NCBI GenBank assembly: GCA_958295755.1
Contig: OY282367.1
Location: 204,294-268,293, forward strand
Length of the DNA: 64,000 bases
Source: an uncultured Acidimicrobiales bacterium
Lineage (GTDB): Bacteria; Actinomycetota; Acidimicrobiia; Acidimicrobiales; Hopanoidiivorantaceae
Direction: 5' to 3'
Part shown: positions 28,701 to 37,508 of the stretch, one piece after another
How the letters are laid out: each line of letters starts with the position of its first letter
Position numbering within the stretch: the stretch's first letter is position 1
Position numbers and translations under genes: made by a program
The notes under the pieces: generated by a model
The model's database searches: none
Told to the model about the DNA's origin: nothing
What the model saw: the letters and a program-made list of their open reading frames with translations, nothing else

Positions 28701-29587
28701 ACAGATTGATTGGGTCTGTTCCCGCAGCAATAGGTTTCATCACCACCCTTAGCACCTTCAGTATCTGCGATAACCAGCTTACTGGGGCACTTCCCACAAG
28801 TCTGCGTACAGGTGTTACCTTGCTTGGTTATCCCACCGCCGACGGCTATACCCCCATTGCCTGTCAGAACCCGGTAGAACCACAGCCGGAAATCCCACAG
28901 CCGGAAACTCCACAGCCGACATCTCCACAGCCGACATCTCCACAGCCATTCACCCCAACCCCCACGCCTGCGCCTTCTGGTGGAGAGGATGCTACTGGTG
29001 ATGTAGCCGTTCCTAGGTGGAATACTTTGACCGTTTCTGGTGACGGTATCACTGCTAGTGAGATCAGATCTACACTTGGAATTCCTGCCAACTATGGCAT
29101 CTACACTTGGAATGAACGCACACAAACATGGACTAGAGTAACCTCCTCCTCACAGAGTCTGTCCGCAGGTACGCTTGTCTCCTTCCGCACAGTCGCTGCT
29201 CCTGACCCAGACCTGCTAGATGGCTTGAATCTAGGTAGCGGTTCAGAAACCGTTAGTCTAAATCGAGGCTGGAATCTCATTAACGTTCCCAGTGTTGTCA
29301 CCCTTACGGAAGACAGCACTTTCCTCATTGATGACTCCCTCATAGACTGCGATAACCTCCAAGGCATCGTAGCTGTAGCTAGCTATAGTGCCAGTAATCG
29401 AAGATGGTCACTCTGGTTACCATGTAACCCACGAACTCAAGCCCGTCTCACCACAGGGCGAAACGCTCCATACCTAGTATTCACCAGAATTGCCCCAGGC
29501 GACACCACCTATTTCTACAACAATGCCAGACAACCTATAGACATTATCTGGGACACTGAAACCCAAACCTACCAAGTTGCTAACTAA
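25772..29587 (+). CDS. Secreted Ig-like/LRR surface protein, paralog 3 (5 two-Cys repeats, 14 LRRs, PQP linker, conserved C-terminal domain)
   Basis: AGAAGGA upstream of ATG 25772 (alternative ATG 25853); G9 at 25835-25843; signal peptide VRRGLVAFIATALFATALFAALAQPVAA|Q. Confidence 0.9.
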   Translation: MTHRFERSSSKSLHDVKEFTGGGGSSKMVRDAEGERDTVARDSRMPGIGQGRQSSSVRRGLVAFIATALFATALFAALAQPVAAQREITFNAPSGLTVVAGQSIVIDASDYASDPGFVISCANPTGVDSSKVWVTRASGTCDFTVRASVSAVAGNTTFSTVLSSSRTGSTTLTATFTVTITPMSVPAGGQLTFLMQGQPAWGAVGFGCSTAPTGVDASRYSVTRPSGCFRRITVESSATTGPASFTVRLSYANSGGQSWATTFNFVITPASNIIFTAPPGGLTIPVGQFRNFDVSSYATDGDYTISCRFSAASRHSLIASVANTGCDFTVRAGRTAGAATLSVIYNSDNGGFWPVGELTAEIPITVADPSSLTFTAPSALNVRVGQTIGINARLYASDGANAVACDVATGIVGGITVKSPGDTFGHPVDSGKTLTLGGCSYRVTAGNTVGTASFVVPYVSSSGRTLNGRININILSAAPTIFFTAPTGLSVAAGGVITIDASGYAPSAYSVSCGTITQSHALIASIFEEGCSIELTVGNTAGTATFTVPYTNAEGGALDGVISLVIGSVPALAVAGCTDGTFVDTTANPRVAGANNDLVEDCQALVAAQNLWAGVAANGELRSPYFIRSWGTGTPEQQKIDSWEGVTVTSGRVTALEIDNTGEEDGISGTIPTELGDLTALTTLDLSSHQISGTIPTQLGSLTALTALDLSGNQLTGAIPSQIGSLAGLTFLDLSGNQLSGAIPSQIGSLTALTSLYLSSNELTGAIPIQIGSLAGLTALSLSGNQLSGAIPSQIGSLAALTFLDLSGNQLSGAILSQIVSLTDLTSLNLSSNELTGAIPTQIGSLTDLTSLDLSGNELTGAIPSQIGSLTDLTSLDLSGNELSGAIPSQIGSLTALTILDLSSNELSGAIPSQIGSLTALTSLDLSSNELTWAIPFQLGSLTALTSLDLSSNDLIGTIPSQLGSLNSLVALDLSSNRLIGSVPAAIGFITTLSTFSICDNQLTGALPTSLRTGVTLLGYPTADGYTPIACQNPVEPQPEIPQPETPQPTSPQPTSPQPFTPTPTPAPSGGEDATGDVAVPRWNTLTVSGDGITASEIRSTLGIPANYGIYTWNERTQTWTRVTSSSQSLSAGTLVSFRTVAAPDPDLLDGLNLGSGSETVSLNRGWNLINVPSVVTLTEDSTFLIDDSLIDCDNLQGIVAVASYSASNRRWSLWLPCNPRTQARLTTGRNAPYLVFTRIAPGDTTYFYNNARQPIDIIWDTETQTYQVAN

Positions 29588-29682
29588 AGCTCTTGGTAAG
29601 CTAATAACATATAAAAATGGTTTGGTAACTGCCTTGTTTAGTATCAGCCACATCCGTACCCCAGAAGGAAAGACATATCAAA

Positions 29683-32600
29683 ATGACACACAGATTCGAA
29701 AGCTCAAGCTCAAAGAGCTTGCATGAACTCAAAGAATTGACAGACGGGGGGGGGTTATCGAAAATGGTTAGGGACGCAGAAGGTGAGCGAGATACAGTCG
29801 CGCGGAATTCTAGAATGCCGGTGAGGGGAATAGGACAGGGGCGACAGGGAAGTAGTGTTCGCAGTAGTGTTCGCAGGGGGTTTGTTGCTTTCATAGCTAC
29901 TGCGTTGCTTGCTACGGCTTTGTTTGCTACTTCGGCGTCGAATCCAGCTGTCGCACAGACTCCTGTGATTACTTTTAATGCGCCTTCTGGTTTGACGGTG
30001 GTTGCTGGGCAGAGTATAGTGATTGATGCTTCTGCTCATGCTAGTGATGTAGGTTTTGTGATTTCTTGTGCTGATCCTACAGGTGTGGATGGTCAAAAGG
30101 TGTGGGTTACTCGTGAGGGTTGTTCCTTCACGGTTAGGGCGTCAGTATCAGCTGTTGCGGGTGATACTACTTTTTCTACAGTGTTGAGTTCTTCTAGGAG
30201 TGGTAGCACTACTCTTACCGCGACTTTTACTGTTGCTATTAGTCCTTTTTCGGTTGTTGTGGGGACACATTTTCCGTTCGTGCTTGCGGGTTATCCTTCT
30301 GAGGGTGCTGTGACGGCTTGTAGTCAACCTCCTCAAGGTGTAGATAGTGGTAGGTATGCTGTTCGCAATATCCCCGGTACCCCGTGTACCTACAGAATTG
30401 AAGTTCAGAGTTCGGCTACTACGGGTTTGACTTCGTTTTCTTCGTCACTCACTTTTTCTGGTGGTACCCGTACTGTGACTTTCACTTTCAATATTGTTGC
30501 GCGTGGGATTACTTTTAATGCGCCTTCTGGTTTGACGGTGGTTGCTGGGCAGAGTATAGTGATTGATGCTTCTGATTATGCTAGTGATCCGGGTTCTGTG
30601 ATTTCTTGTGCTGATCCTACAGGTGTGGATGATCAAAAGGTGTGGGTTACTCGTGCTTCTGGGACTTGTGATTTCACGGTTAGAGCGTCTGTGTCAGCTG
30701 CTGCGGGAGATACTACTTTTTCGACTGTGTTGAGTTCTCCTAGGTTTACTCTTACCGCGACTTTTACTGTTGCTATTACTCCTATGTCGGTTGCTGCGGG
30801 GCGGCATTTAGTATTTGTGGTTGGGGGTTATCCTTCTGAGGGTACTCCCACAGCTTGTGCTGCTGCTTCAGGTGTAGATACTAATAAGATCACAGTTGCT
30901 CGCAATGGTTGTATTTTTACTGTTACTGCTTCTAGTTCAGCAGCAAGTGGGGTGACTACTTTTACTTCGGCGGTGACTTTTTCTGGCGGCAACCGCACTG
31001 TAACATTTCCTATCAACATTACCCCGGCTTCAGCTATTACATTTTCGGCACCTGCGGGCGGGTTGAGTATTCCTGTAGGGAATTTCAGGAATTTTGATGT
31101 TTCTAGCTACGCTACTGACGGCGACCACACAATTTCTTGTCGTTTTGCCGCCTCCTCTCGCCATAGCTTGATTGCTTCTGTTGCTAATACTGGCTGTGAT
31201 TTCACAGTGCGAGCTGGCAGGACTGCCGGTGCGGCAACGCTGAGTGTTATCTATAACTCATCAGGTGGCACTGAGGTAACTGGTGTGATTCCTATCACGG
31301 TGGCAGCTACTTCTAGTTTGACATTCACTGCTCCTAGTGCTTTTAATGTGCGTGTAGGTCAGACAATAGGCATCAACGCGCGGCTTTACGCTTCTGATGG
31401 TGCTAACGCGGTTGCTTGTGATGTAGCAACTGGGGTAACAGGCGGGATCACTGTTGAATCTCCGGTGGGTTGTTCTTATAAGGTAACAGCAGGAAACACT
31501 GTAGGGACAGCTAGTTTTGTTGTGCCCTATGCCTCAAGTAGCGGCCGCACGCTAAATGGTCGTATAAACATCAATATTTTGCCTCCTAGTCCTACTATTT
31601 TCTTCACCGCACCAACAGGTCTGTCGGTTGCTCCTGGCGGTGTTATTACTATAGATGCTTCAGCCTATGCTCAAAGTGCATATAGTGTTTCTTGTGGCAC
31701 TATTACGCAGTCTCACGCGCTTATTGCTACTATTTTTGAAGAAGGTTGTTCTATTCAGCTAACCGTAGGCAACACAGGTGGCACAGCTACCTTTGAGGTG
31801 CCCTACACCAACGCTGAGGGCGGTGCCCTTGATGGTGTGATTTCTCTAAGAATAGGCTCAATCCCAGCCTTGTCGATTGCTGGGTGTACTAATGGTACTT
31901 TTGTAGATGTCACTGCTAACCCCAGAGTCGCAGGTGCTAATAACGATCTCGTAGAAGATTGTTATGCATTGGTTGCGACCCGGAACCTATGGGCCTCCCA
32001 AGCCGCTAATCACAATCTGCGTTCTTCTTATTTCATTCGAACTTGGGGTACAGGCACTCCCTCTCAGCAAAAGATCGATAGGTGGGAAGGTGTAACAGTT
32101 ACCGCAGGGCGCGTAACAGGGTTGGAAATAGACAATACGGGTGAAGAAGACGGCATCTCAGGTTTTATTCCTACTCAGCTTGGTAATCTCAGGGCTTTGA
32201 CTACTTTGGATCTTTCTTCTCACCAGCTCTCAGGTGCTATTCCTACTCAGCTTGGTAATCTCAGGGCTTTGACTACTTTGGATCTTTCTGGTAACGAGCT
32301 CACCTGGGCTATCCCTTCACAGCTAGGTTCTCTTACTGGTCTAACTTCTTTGGATCTTTCTTCTAATGATCTCATCGGTGTTATTCCTTCACAGCTTGGT
32401 TCTCTTAGCTCTCTTACTGATCTTTATCTTGGCGGTAACAGATTGATTGGGTTTGTTCCCACAGCAATAGGTACCATCACCACCCTTAGCACCTTCAGTA
32501 TCTGCGATAACCAGCTCACTGGGGCACTTCCCACAAGTCTGCGTACAGGTGTTACCTTGCTTGGTTATCCCACCGCCGACGGCTATACCCCCATTGCCTG

Positions 32601-33324
32601 TCAGAACCCGGTAGAACCACAGCCGACAACTCCACGGCCTGGAACTCCACAGCCTGGAACTCCACAACCGACATCTCCACAGCCATTCGTCCCAACCCCC
32701 GCGCCTGCGCCTTCTGGTGGAGATGATGCTACTGGTGATGTAGCCGTTCCTAGGTGGAATACTTTGACCGTTTCGGGTGGCGGTATCACTGTTAGTGAGA
32801 TCAGATCTACACTTGGAATTCCTGCTAGCTATGGCATCTACGCTTGGAATGAACGTACACAGACGTGGACTAGAGTAACCTCCTCTTCACCGAGATTGTC
32901 CGCAGGTACGCTTGTCTCCTTCCGCACCACCGCTGCTCCTGACCCAGATCTGCTAGAGGACTTGAATCTAGGTAGCGGTTCAGAAACCGTTAGTCTGAAT
33001 CGAGGCTGGAGTCTCATTAACGTTCCCAGTGTTATCACCCGCACGGAAGACAGCACTTTCCTCCTTGATGACTCCCTCATAGACTGCGATAACCTCCGAG
33101 GCATCGTAGTTGTCGCTAGCTATAGTGCCAGTAATCGAAGATGGTCACTCTGGTTACCATGTCACCCACGAACTCAAGCCCGCCTCACCACAGGGCGAAA
33201 CGCTCCATACCTAGAATTCACCAGAATTGCCCCAGGCGACACCACCTATTTCTACAACAATGCCAGACAACCTATAGACATTATCTGGGACACCGAAACC
33301 CAAACCTACCAAGTTGCTAACTAA
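29683..33324 (+). CDS. Secreted Ig-like/LRR surface protein, paralog 4 (7 two-Cys repeats, 5 LRRs, PQP linker, conserved C-terminal domain)
   Basis: Tandem duplicate of paralog 3 including ~75 bp of upstream sequence (offset 3911). G9 at 29746-29754; alternative ATG 29764. Internal duplication ~29968-30240 / ~30508-30780. Confidence 0.9.
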   Translation: MTHRFESSSSKSLHELKELTDGGGLSKMVRDAEGERDTVARNSRMPVRGIGQGRQGSSVRSSVRRGFVAFIATALLATALFATSASNPAVAQTPVITFNAPSGLTVVAGQSIVIDASAHASDVGFVISCADPTGVDGQKVWVTREGCSFTVRASVSAVAGDTTFSTVLSSSRSGSTTLTATFTVAISPFSVVVGTHFPFVLAGYPSEGAVTACSQPPQGVDSGRYAVRNIPGTPCTYRIEVQSSATTGLTSFSSSLTFSGGTRTVTFTFNIVARGITFNAPSGLTVVAGQSIVIDASDYASDPGSVISCADPTGVDDQKVWVTRASGTCDFTVRASVSAAAGDTTFSTVLSSPRFTLTATFTVAITPMSVAAGRHLVFVVGGYPSEGTPTACAAASGVDTNKITVARNGCIFTVTASSSAASGVTTFTSAVTFSGGNRTVTFPINITPASAITFSAPAGGLSIPVGNFRNFDVSSYATDGDHTISCRFAASSRHSLIASVANTGCDFTVRAGRTAGAATLSVIYNSSGGTEVTGVIPITVAATSSLTFTAPSAFNVRVGQTIGINARLYASDGANAVACDVATGVTGGITVESPVGCSYKVTAGNTVGTASFVVPYASSSGRTLNGRININILPPSPTIFFTAPTGLSVAPGGVITIDASAYAQSAYSVSCGTITQSHALIATIFEEGCSIQLTVGNTGGTATFEVPYTNAEGGALDGVISLRIGSIPALSIAGCTNGTFVDVTANPRVAGANNDLVEDCYALVATRNLWASQAANHNLRSSYFIRTWGTGTPSQQKIDRWEGVTVTAGRVTGLEIDNTGEEDGISGFIPTQLGNLRALTTLDLSSHQLSGAIPTQLGNLRALTTLDLSGNELTWAIPSQLGSLTGLTSLDLSSNDLIGVIPSQLGSLSSLTDLYLGGNRLIGFVPTAIGTITTLSTFSICDNQLTGALPTSLRTGVTLLGYPTADGYTPIACQNPVEPQPTTPRPGTPQPGTPQPTSPQPFVPTPAPAPSGGDDATGDVAVPRWNTLTVSGGGITVSEIRSTLGIPASYGIYAWNERTQTWTRVTSSSPRLSAGTLVSFRTTAAPDPDLLEDLNLGSGSETVSLNRGWSLINVPSVITRTEDSTFLLDDSLIDCDNLRGIVVVASYSASNRRWSLWLPCHPRTQARLTTGRNAPYLEFTRIAPGDTTYFYNNARQPIDIIWDTETQTYQVAN

Positions 33325-33336
33325 CGCTCCTGGTGA

Positions 33337-33377
33337 GCGACAAAGCTAGTGCGACGAAGCTAGTGCGACAAAGCTAG
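33337..33377. repeat. 14-bp x3 tandem repeat after paralog 4
   Basis: gcgacaaagctagt gcgacgaagctagt gcgacaaagctag. Confidence 0.85.
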
Positions 33378-33585
33378 CGGGCAATCACGAAAAGCTGCAG
33401 AACCGAAGCAAGCAATATCGCCACCAAGAGTGCGACTATAACAATGGTTGTGCCAAAACGCATAGTGGTTCCTTTCGTATCTGCTTCTCAAGTGCTCTTG
33501 CTACTCTCTAGCCTAACTGCTAATAGAAAGGGCCTGATTGGAAGAAGGGTCTGATTCTAAGAGGGCTGAAAACTAAGCTAGAAGC

Positions 33586-35124
33586 GTGACTGTTTATCTG
33601 CTCGGAGCCGGGCCGGGGGATCCGGGCTTGCTCACACTGCGAGGTGCGGAGGTGTTGGCGGATGCTGAGGTAGTGGTTTACGACAGACTTTCGGTAGGAG
33701 CAGTGCTTGATATGGCACCCGCGACAGCCGAGCGCATCAATGTCGGCAAACTGCCAGGCCAGCCGAGAATGTCGCAAGAAGAGATCAACCAGCTGCTAGT
33801 AGCGTATGGGCGAGCTGGCAACAAAGTGGTGCGACTTAAAGGAGGCGACCCTCTGGTATTCGCAAGAGGCGGCGAAGAAGCCAAAGCACTAGCTGTTGCA
33901 GGAGTGGATTTTGAGATAATCCCAGGCATCACATCAGCATTTGCCGCTCCTGCCTATGCAGGTATCCCTGTTACCCTGCGCCATTCCTCTACTTCAGTAA
34001 CCGTAATAACCGGCCACGAAGCTCCTCTCGCCCCCTTCTCTAAAAGCCCCTCTTCTAATAACACAGTCAACTGGGAAGCAGCAGCACAACTAGGCGGCAC
34101 GCTAGTGATTTTAATGGGCGTTGCCCGCTGGGAAGCTATTGCCGAGCGTCTGTTGGTAGCTGGTATGTCGCCACACACACCTGCTGCCGCCGTCTGCTGG
34201 GGCACCCGTCCAACGCAGCACACAACCCGCGCCACTCTAGCCACCCTGAGTGAACATCACATGGAAGCCCCTGCAGTCATAGTGGTTGGCGAGGTCGCAG
34301 CGCAAGAGTTGGAATGGTTCGCGACCCGGCCGCTTTTTGGCAAGCGAGTAGTAGTAACCCGCCCTGTAGCTCAAAGTGCTCAACTCTGCGACATGCTCAC
34401 AAAAGCAGGAGCTGAGGCAGTTCGAGTGCCCTTGATTGAGATAGCAGAAGCATCAGATGGCGGAGCATCCCTAAAAGCCGCAGCTAAACATCTAGACAAC
34501 TACGACTGGATAATTCTGACATCGGCCAACGGTGCCCGTGCCCTCCTAGCTACCACTCATGACGCTCGAGACTTTGGTAAAGCCAAAGTAGCAGCTATAG
34601 GCCCTGCTACAGCCGAAGTGCTGAAAGTAGCCAACATCCGCCCCGATTTAGTGCCCAAAGAATATGTAGCCGAAGCTTTACTAGAAGCATTGCTAACTGG
34701 AGCAGTTTCTGAGAGTACTAGTGAAAGCGAAAGTGCTAGTGAAAGCGAATCCCAAAATACAAAAGCACTAATAGCGCGCGCAGCAATAGCTAGAGATGTG
34801 CTCCCCGAGGGACTTAGAACCGCAGGCTGGGAAGTGGATGTGGTAGAAGCATACCGCATCAAAGGTGTGGAAGTTTCAGACGCGGCCCGCGCCGAAGTAG
34901 CTAACAGCGATGTCATAACTTTCGCCTCTCCGTCTGCTGTGGAGCAGTTTGTAAAAGCTGGTTTGGTTGCCTTGATAGGAGATGCTGTGGGAGTGGCATG
35001 CATCGGCCCTATCACAGCCGCAGCTGCTCGCGAACACGGACTAAATGTAGCAATAGAAGCCCCCGAACACACCGCCAAAGGACTACTAGAAGCTCTGGAA
35101 GATTACTTCAGCAGTTCCAGTTAA
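33586..35124 (+). CDS. cobA: Fused uroporphyrinogen-III C-methyltransferase / uroporphyrinogen-III synthase (CobA-HemD)
   Basis: VYLLGAGPGDPGLLT, RLKGGDP, IPGITSA in the N-terminal half; VVVTRP, LTSANG, AAIGPATA, FASPSAV, ACIGPIT in the HemD half. TAAGCT 6 nt before GTG suggests a leaderless transcript. Confidence 0.93.
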   Translation: MTVYLLGAGPGDPGLLTLRGAEVLADAEVVVYDRLSVGAVLDMAPATAERINVGKLPGQPRMSQEEINQLLVAYGRAGNKVVRLKGGDPLVFARGGEEAKALAVAGVDFEIIPGITSAFAAPAYAGIPVTLRHSSTSVTVITGHEAPLAPFSKSPSSNNTVNWEAAAQLGGTLVILMGVARWEAIAERLLVAGMSPHTPAAAVCWGTRPTQHTTRATLATLSEHHMEAPAVIVVGEVAAQELEWFATRPLFGKRVVVTRPVAQSAQLCDMLTKAGAEAVRVPLIEIAEASDGGASLKAAAKHLDNYDWIILTSANGARALLATTHDARDFGKAKVAAIGPATAEVLKVANIRPDLVPKEYVAEALLEALLTGAVSESTSESESASESESQNTKALIARAAIARDVLPEGLRTAGWEVDVVEAYRIKGVEVSDAARAEVANSDVITFASPSAVEQFVKAGLVALIGDAVGVACIGPITAAAAREHGLNVAIEAPEHTAKGLLEALEDYFSSSS

Positions 35125-35219
35125 ACCTGTTGTCTTGTAGATCTACCCCTTTGGAACTTTCCTTTGCGCTTGAAACCAAGTTGGAATCAGGTTGAGATAT
35201 GCGAAGTTAGAATTCGTAT

Positions 35220-36197
35220 GTGAGCTTTCCTGCCCGAAGAATGCGCCGTCTGCGCCGCACTGCCGCTCTTCGCCAACTTGTGGCAGAAACTGCGCTCACG
35301 CCCAACGACCTTATCGCTCCGCTCTTCGTGCGCGAAGGCATAGACGCCCCCGAACCTATCGCATCCCTGCCCGGCGTGGTTCAACATACGCTCGCTTCAT
35401 TGTGCTCAGAAGTTGCCGAGCTGCAAGCTCGTAGCATCGGAGCAGTCATCCTTTTCGGTGTGCCAGAAGTCAAAGACCCCATCGGCTCAGGGGCTTTCAA
35501 CCCAGATGGTATCGTGCAAGTCGCCCTAGCCAAGCTACGAGATGAGTTCGGCGACAGCATCGTGCTCATAGCGGATCTCTGCATAGACGAATACACCGAC
35601 CATGGCCACTGTGGAGTGCTAACTCCTGAAGGTGCAGTAGATAACGACACCACCTTGGAAATATACGCCCGTGCTGCCTGCGCTCAAGCGGTCGCAGGTG
35701 CCGATATTGTGGCACCGAGCGGCATGATGGATGGCCAAGTTGCTGCTATCCGCTCAGCATTGGACACCGAAAGTCACCCTGAGACAGCCATCCTCGCCTA
35801 CGCCGCCAAATACGCATCTAGTCTCTACGGGCCGTTCCGTGATGCTGTGAATGTGGAACTCCCACACGGCCAAGATCGTCGCGCCTACCAGCAAGATTGG
35901 CGCAATGCCAGAGAAGCTCTGGAAGAGGTGCGCTTAGACATTGAAGAGGGTGCCGACATGGTAATGGTCAAGCCTGCGGTGACCTATCTGGATGTGATAC
36001 ATCTAGTGCGCCAAGAAGTGCAGGTGCCGCTAGGTGCATATCATGTCTCTGGCGAATACGCCATGATCAAAGCGGCAGGCGTAGCAGGCTGGCTAGACGC
36101 CGAGGCTGTAGCTATAGAGCAACTAACAGCAGTAAAGAGAGCAGGCGCAGACTTTACCCTCACCTATTTCGCCAAAGAAGTAGCGGAGCAGTTGTAG
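35220..36197 (+). CDS. hemB: Porphobilinogen synthase (ALA dehydratase)
   Basis: RMRRLR, DLCIDEYTDHGHCG, APSGMMDG, YGPFRDA, MVKPA, YHVSGEYAMIKAA; TAGAAT 6 nt before GTG. Confidence 0.97.
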   Translation: MSFPARRMRRLRRTAALRQLVAETALTPNDLIAPLFVREGIDAPEPIASLPGVVQHTLASLCSEVAELQARSIGAVILFGVPEVKDPIGSGAFNPDGIVQVALAKLRDEFGDSIVLIADLCIDEYTDHGHCGVLTPEGAVDNDTTLEIYARAACAQAVAGADIVAPSGMMDGQVAAIRSALDTESHPETAILAYAAKYASSLYGPFRDAVNVELPHGQDRRAYQQDWRNAREALEEVRLDIEEGADMVMVKPAVTYLDVIHLVRQEVQVPLGAYHVSGEYAMIKAAGVAGWLDAEAVAIEQLTAVKRAGADFTLTYFAKEVAEQL

Positions 36198-36200
36198 CAG

Positions 36201-37481
36201 GTGACATCCAAGACATCCAGTCAGCCTCTCTTCTTACGAGCTCAGGGCGTCATCCCAGGCGGAGTGAATTCGCCCGTGCGGGCTTTTGGGTCGGTCGGTG
36301 GCACGCCGTATTTTGTGTCGCATGCCAAAGGGTCGCACATCTGGGACACCGAAGGCAATCGCTACATCGACTATGTAATGAGCTACGGCCCGCTCATCTT
36401 AGGACACGCCCATCCAGCTGTGGTTGATGCCGTAACAGAAGCAGCTCAAGGCGGCACGAGCTACGGCGCGCCTACTGAGCGGGAAGTGCTTCTAGCCGAA
36501 GAACTCTGTGAGGCAATACCGGGCATGGAGATGGTGCGGCTAGTCTCTAGCGGCACCGAAGCTACGATGACGGCCGTGCGACTGGCAAGGGGCGCAACAG
36601 GGCGCGACATAGTGGTGAAGTTCGCAGGCTGCTACCACGGACACGCCGACTTTCTCTTAGCAGCTGGCGGTAGCGGAGTGGCAAATCAAGGTCTCTCAGG
36701 TTGCGACGGGGTGCCCATAAACGCAGTTGCCGACACCATCGTGGCACCCTATAACGAAGTGCCTGAGCTAGACGAGCGGGTGGCTGCCGTGATAATAGAA
36801 CCCGTAGCAGCCAACATGGGCCTCGTTGCCCCCGAACCAGATTTTCTGTCGCAGTTGCGAGCTGCTTGCGACAAGGCAGGCGCATTGTTGATATTTGACG
36901 AAGTGATTACAGGCTTTCGTCTGTGTAGAGGCGGAGCAGCTGAGTGGTTCGGTGTGCAGCCCGACCTTTGGTGCTTCGGTAAAGTCATAGGTGGCGGTCT
37001 CCCTGTAGGGGCGTTCGGCGGTAAGCGAGCGATCATGGAATACCTAGCCCCTCTAGGTGGCGTATACCAAGCAGGCACTCTCTCGGGCAACCCTCTGGCA
37101 ACCGCCGCAGGTTTAGCTACTTTAGGCGAACTAGACGCGAAAGCCTACGAAACCCTAACCGACATCACTACTCAACTAGCCCAAACCATAACACAAACCT
37201 TTACCGAAGAAGGTATAGCAGCAGTGTTGCCTCAAGTCAGCTCGCTTCTAGGGCTGTTTTTCTGCGACACTCAGCCCAAGTCGTTCGCTGAGGCTGATGG
37301 AGCTGCCCAAAACGGCCTGTATCCGCCGTTCTTTCACGCCATGCTCGAAGAAGGCATAGCCCTAGCCCCCGGCCCTTACGAAATCTTGTTTCCTAGCCTT
37401 GCCCACACCCAAGAAGATATAGCCCAAACCGCAGATGCTGCCCGCCAAGCTGCTCGATCTATCAAAGCTACAACCTCCTAG
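36201..37481 (+). CDS. hemL: Glutamate-1-semialdehyde 2,1-aminomutase
   Basis: IPGGVNSPVRAF, SSGTEATM, GCYHGH, FDEVITGFR, FGKVIGGGLPVGA, QAGTLSGNP. Confidence 0.97.
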   Translation: MTSKTSSQPLFLRAQGVIPGGVNSPVRAFGSVGGTPYFVSHAKGSHIWDTEGNRYIDYVMSYGPLILGHAHPAVVDAVTEAAQGGTSYGAPTEREVLLAEELCEAIPGMEMVRLVSSGTEATMTAVRLARGATGRDIVVKFAGCYHGHADFLLAAGGSGVANQGLSGCDGVPINAVADTIVAPYNEVPELDERVAAVIIEPVAANMGLVAPEPDFLSQLRAACDKAGALLIFDEVITGFRLCRGGAAEWFGVQPDLWCFGKVIGGGLPVGAFGGKRAIMEYLAPLGGVYQAGTLSGNPLATAAGLATLGELDAKAYETLTDITTQLAQTITQTFTEEGIAAVLPQVSSLLGLFFCDTQPKSFAEADGAAQNGLYPPFFHAMLEEGIALAPGPYEILFPSLAHTQEDIAQTADAARQAARSIKATTS

Positions 37482-37508
37482 CTATAACTCCTAGCTTGAA
37501 TCTCCTAG

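Noticed and set aside
89..33104. Many 60-235-aa antisense and alternate-frame ORFs over the surface-protein genes
   Set aside because: They are shadows of the repetitive, codon-biased sense ORFs and recur with the repeat period. No independent coding signals.
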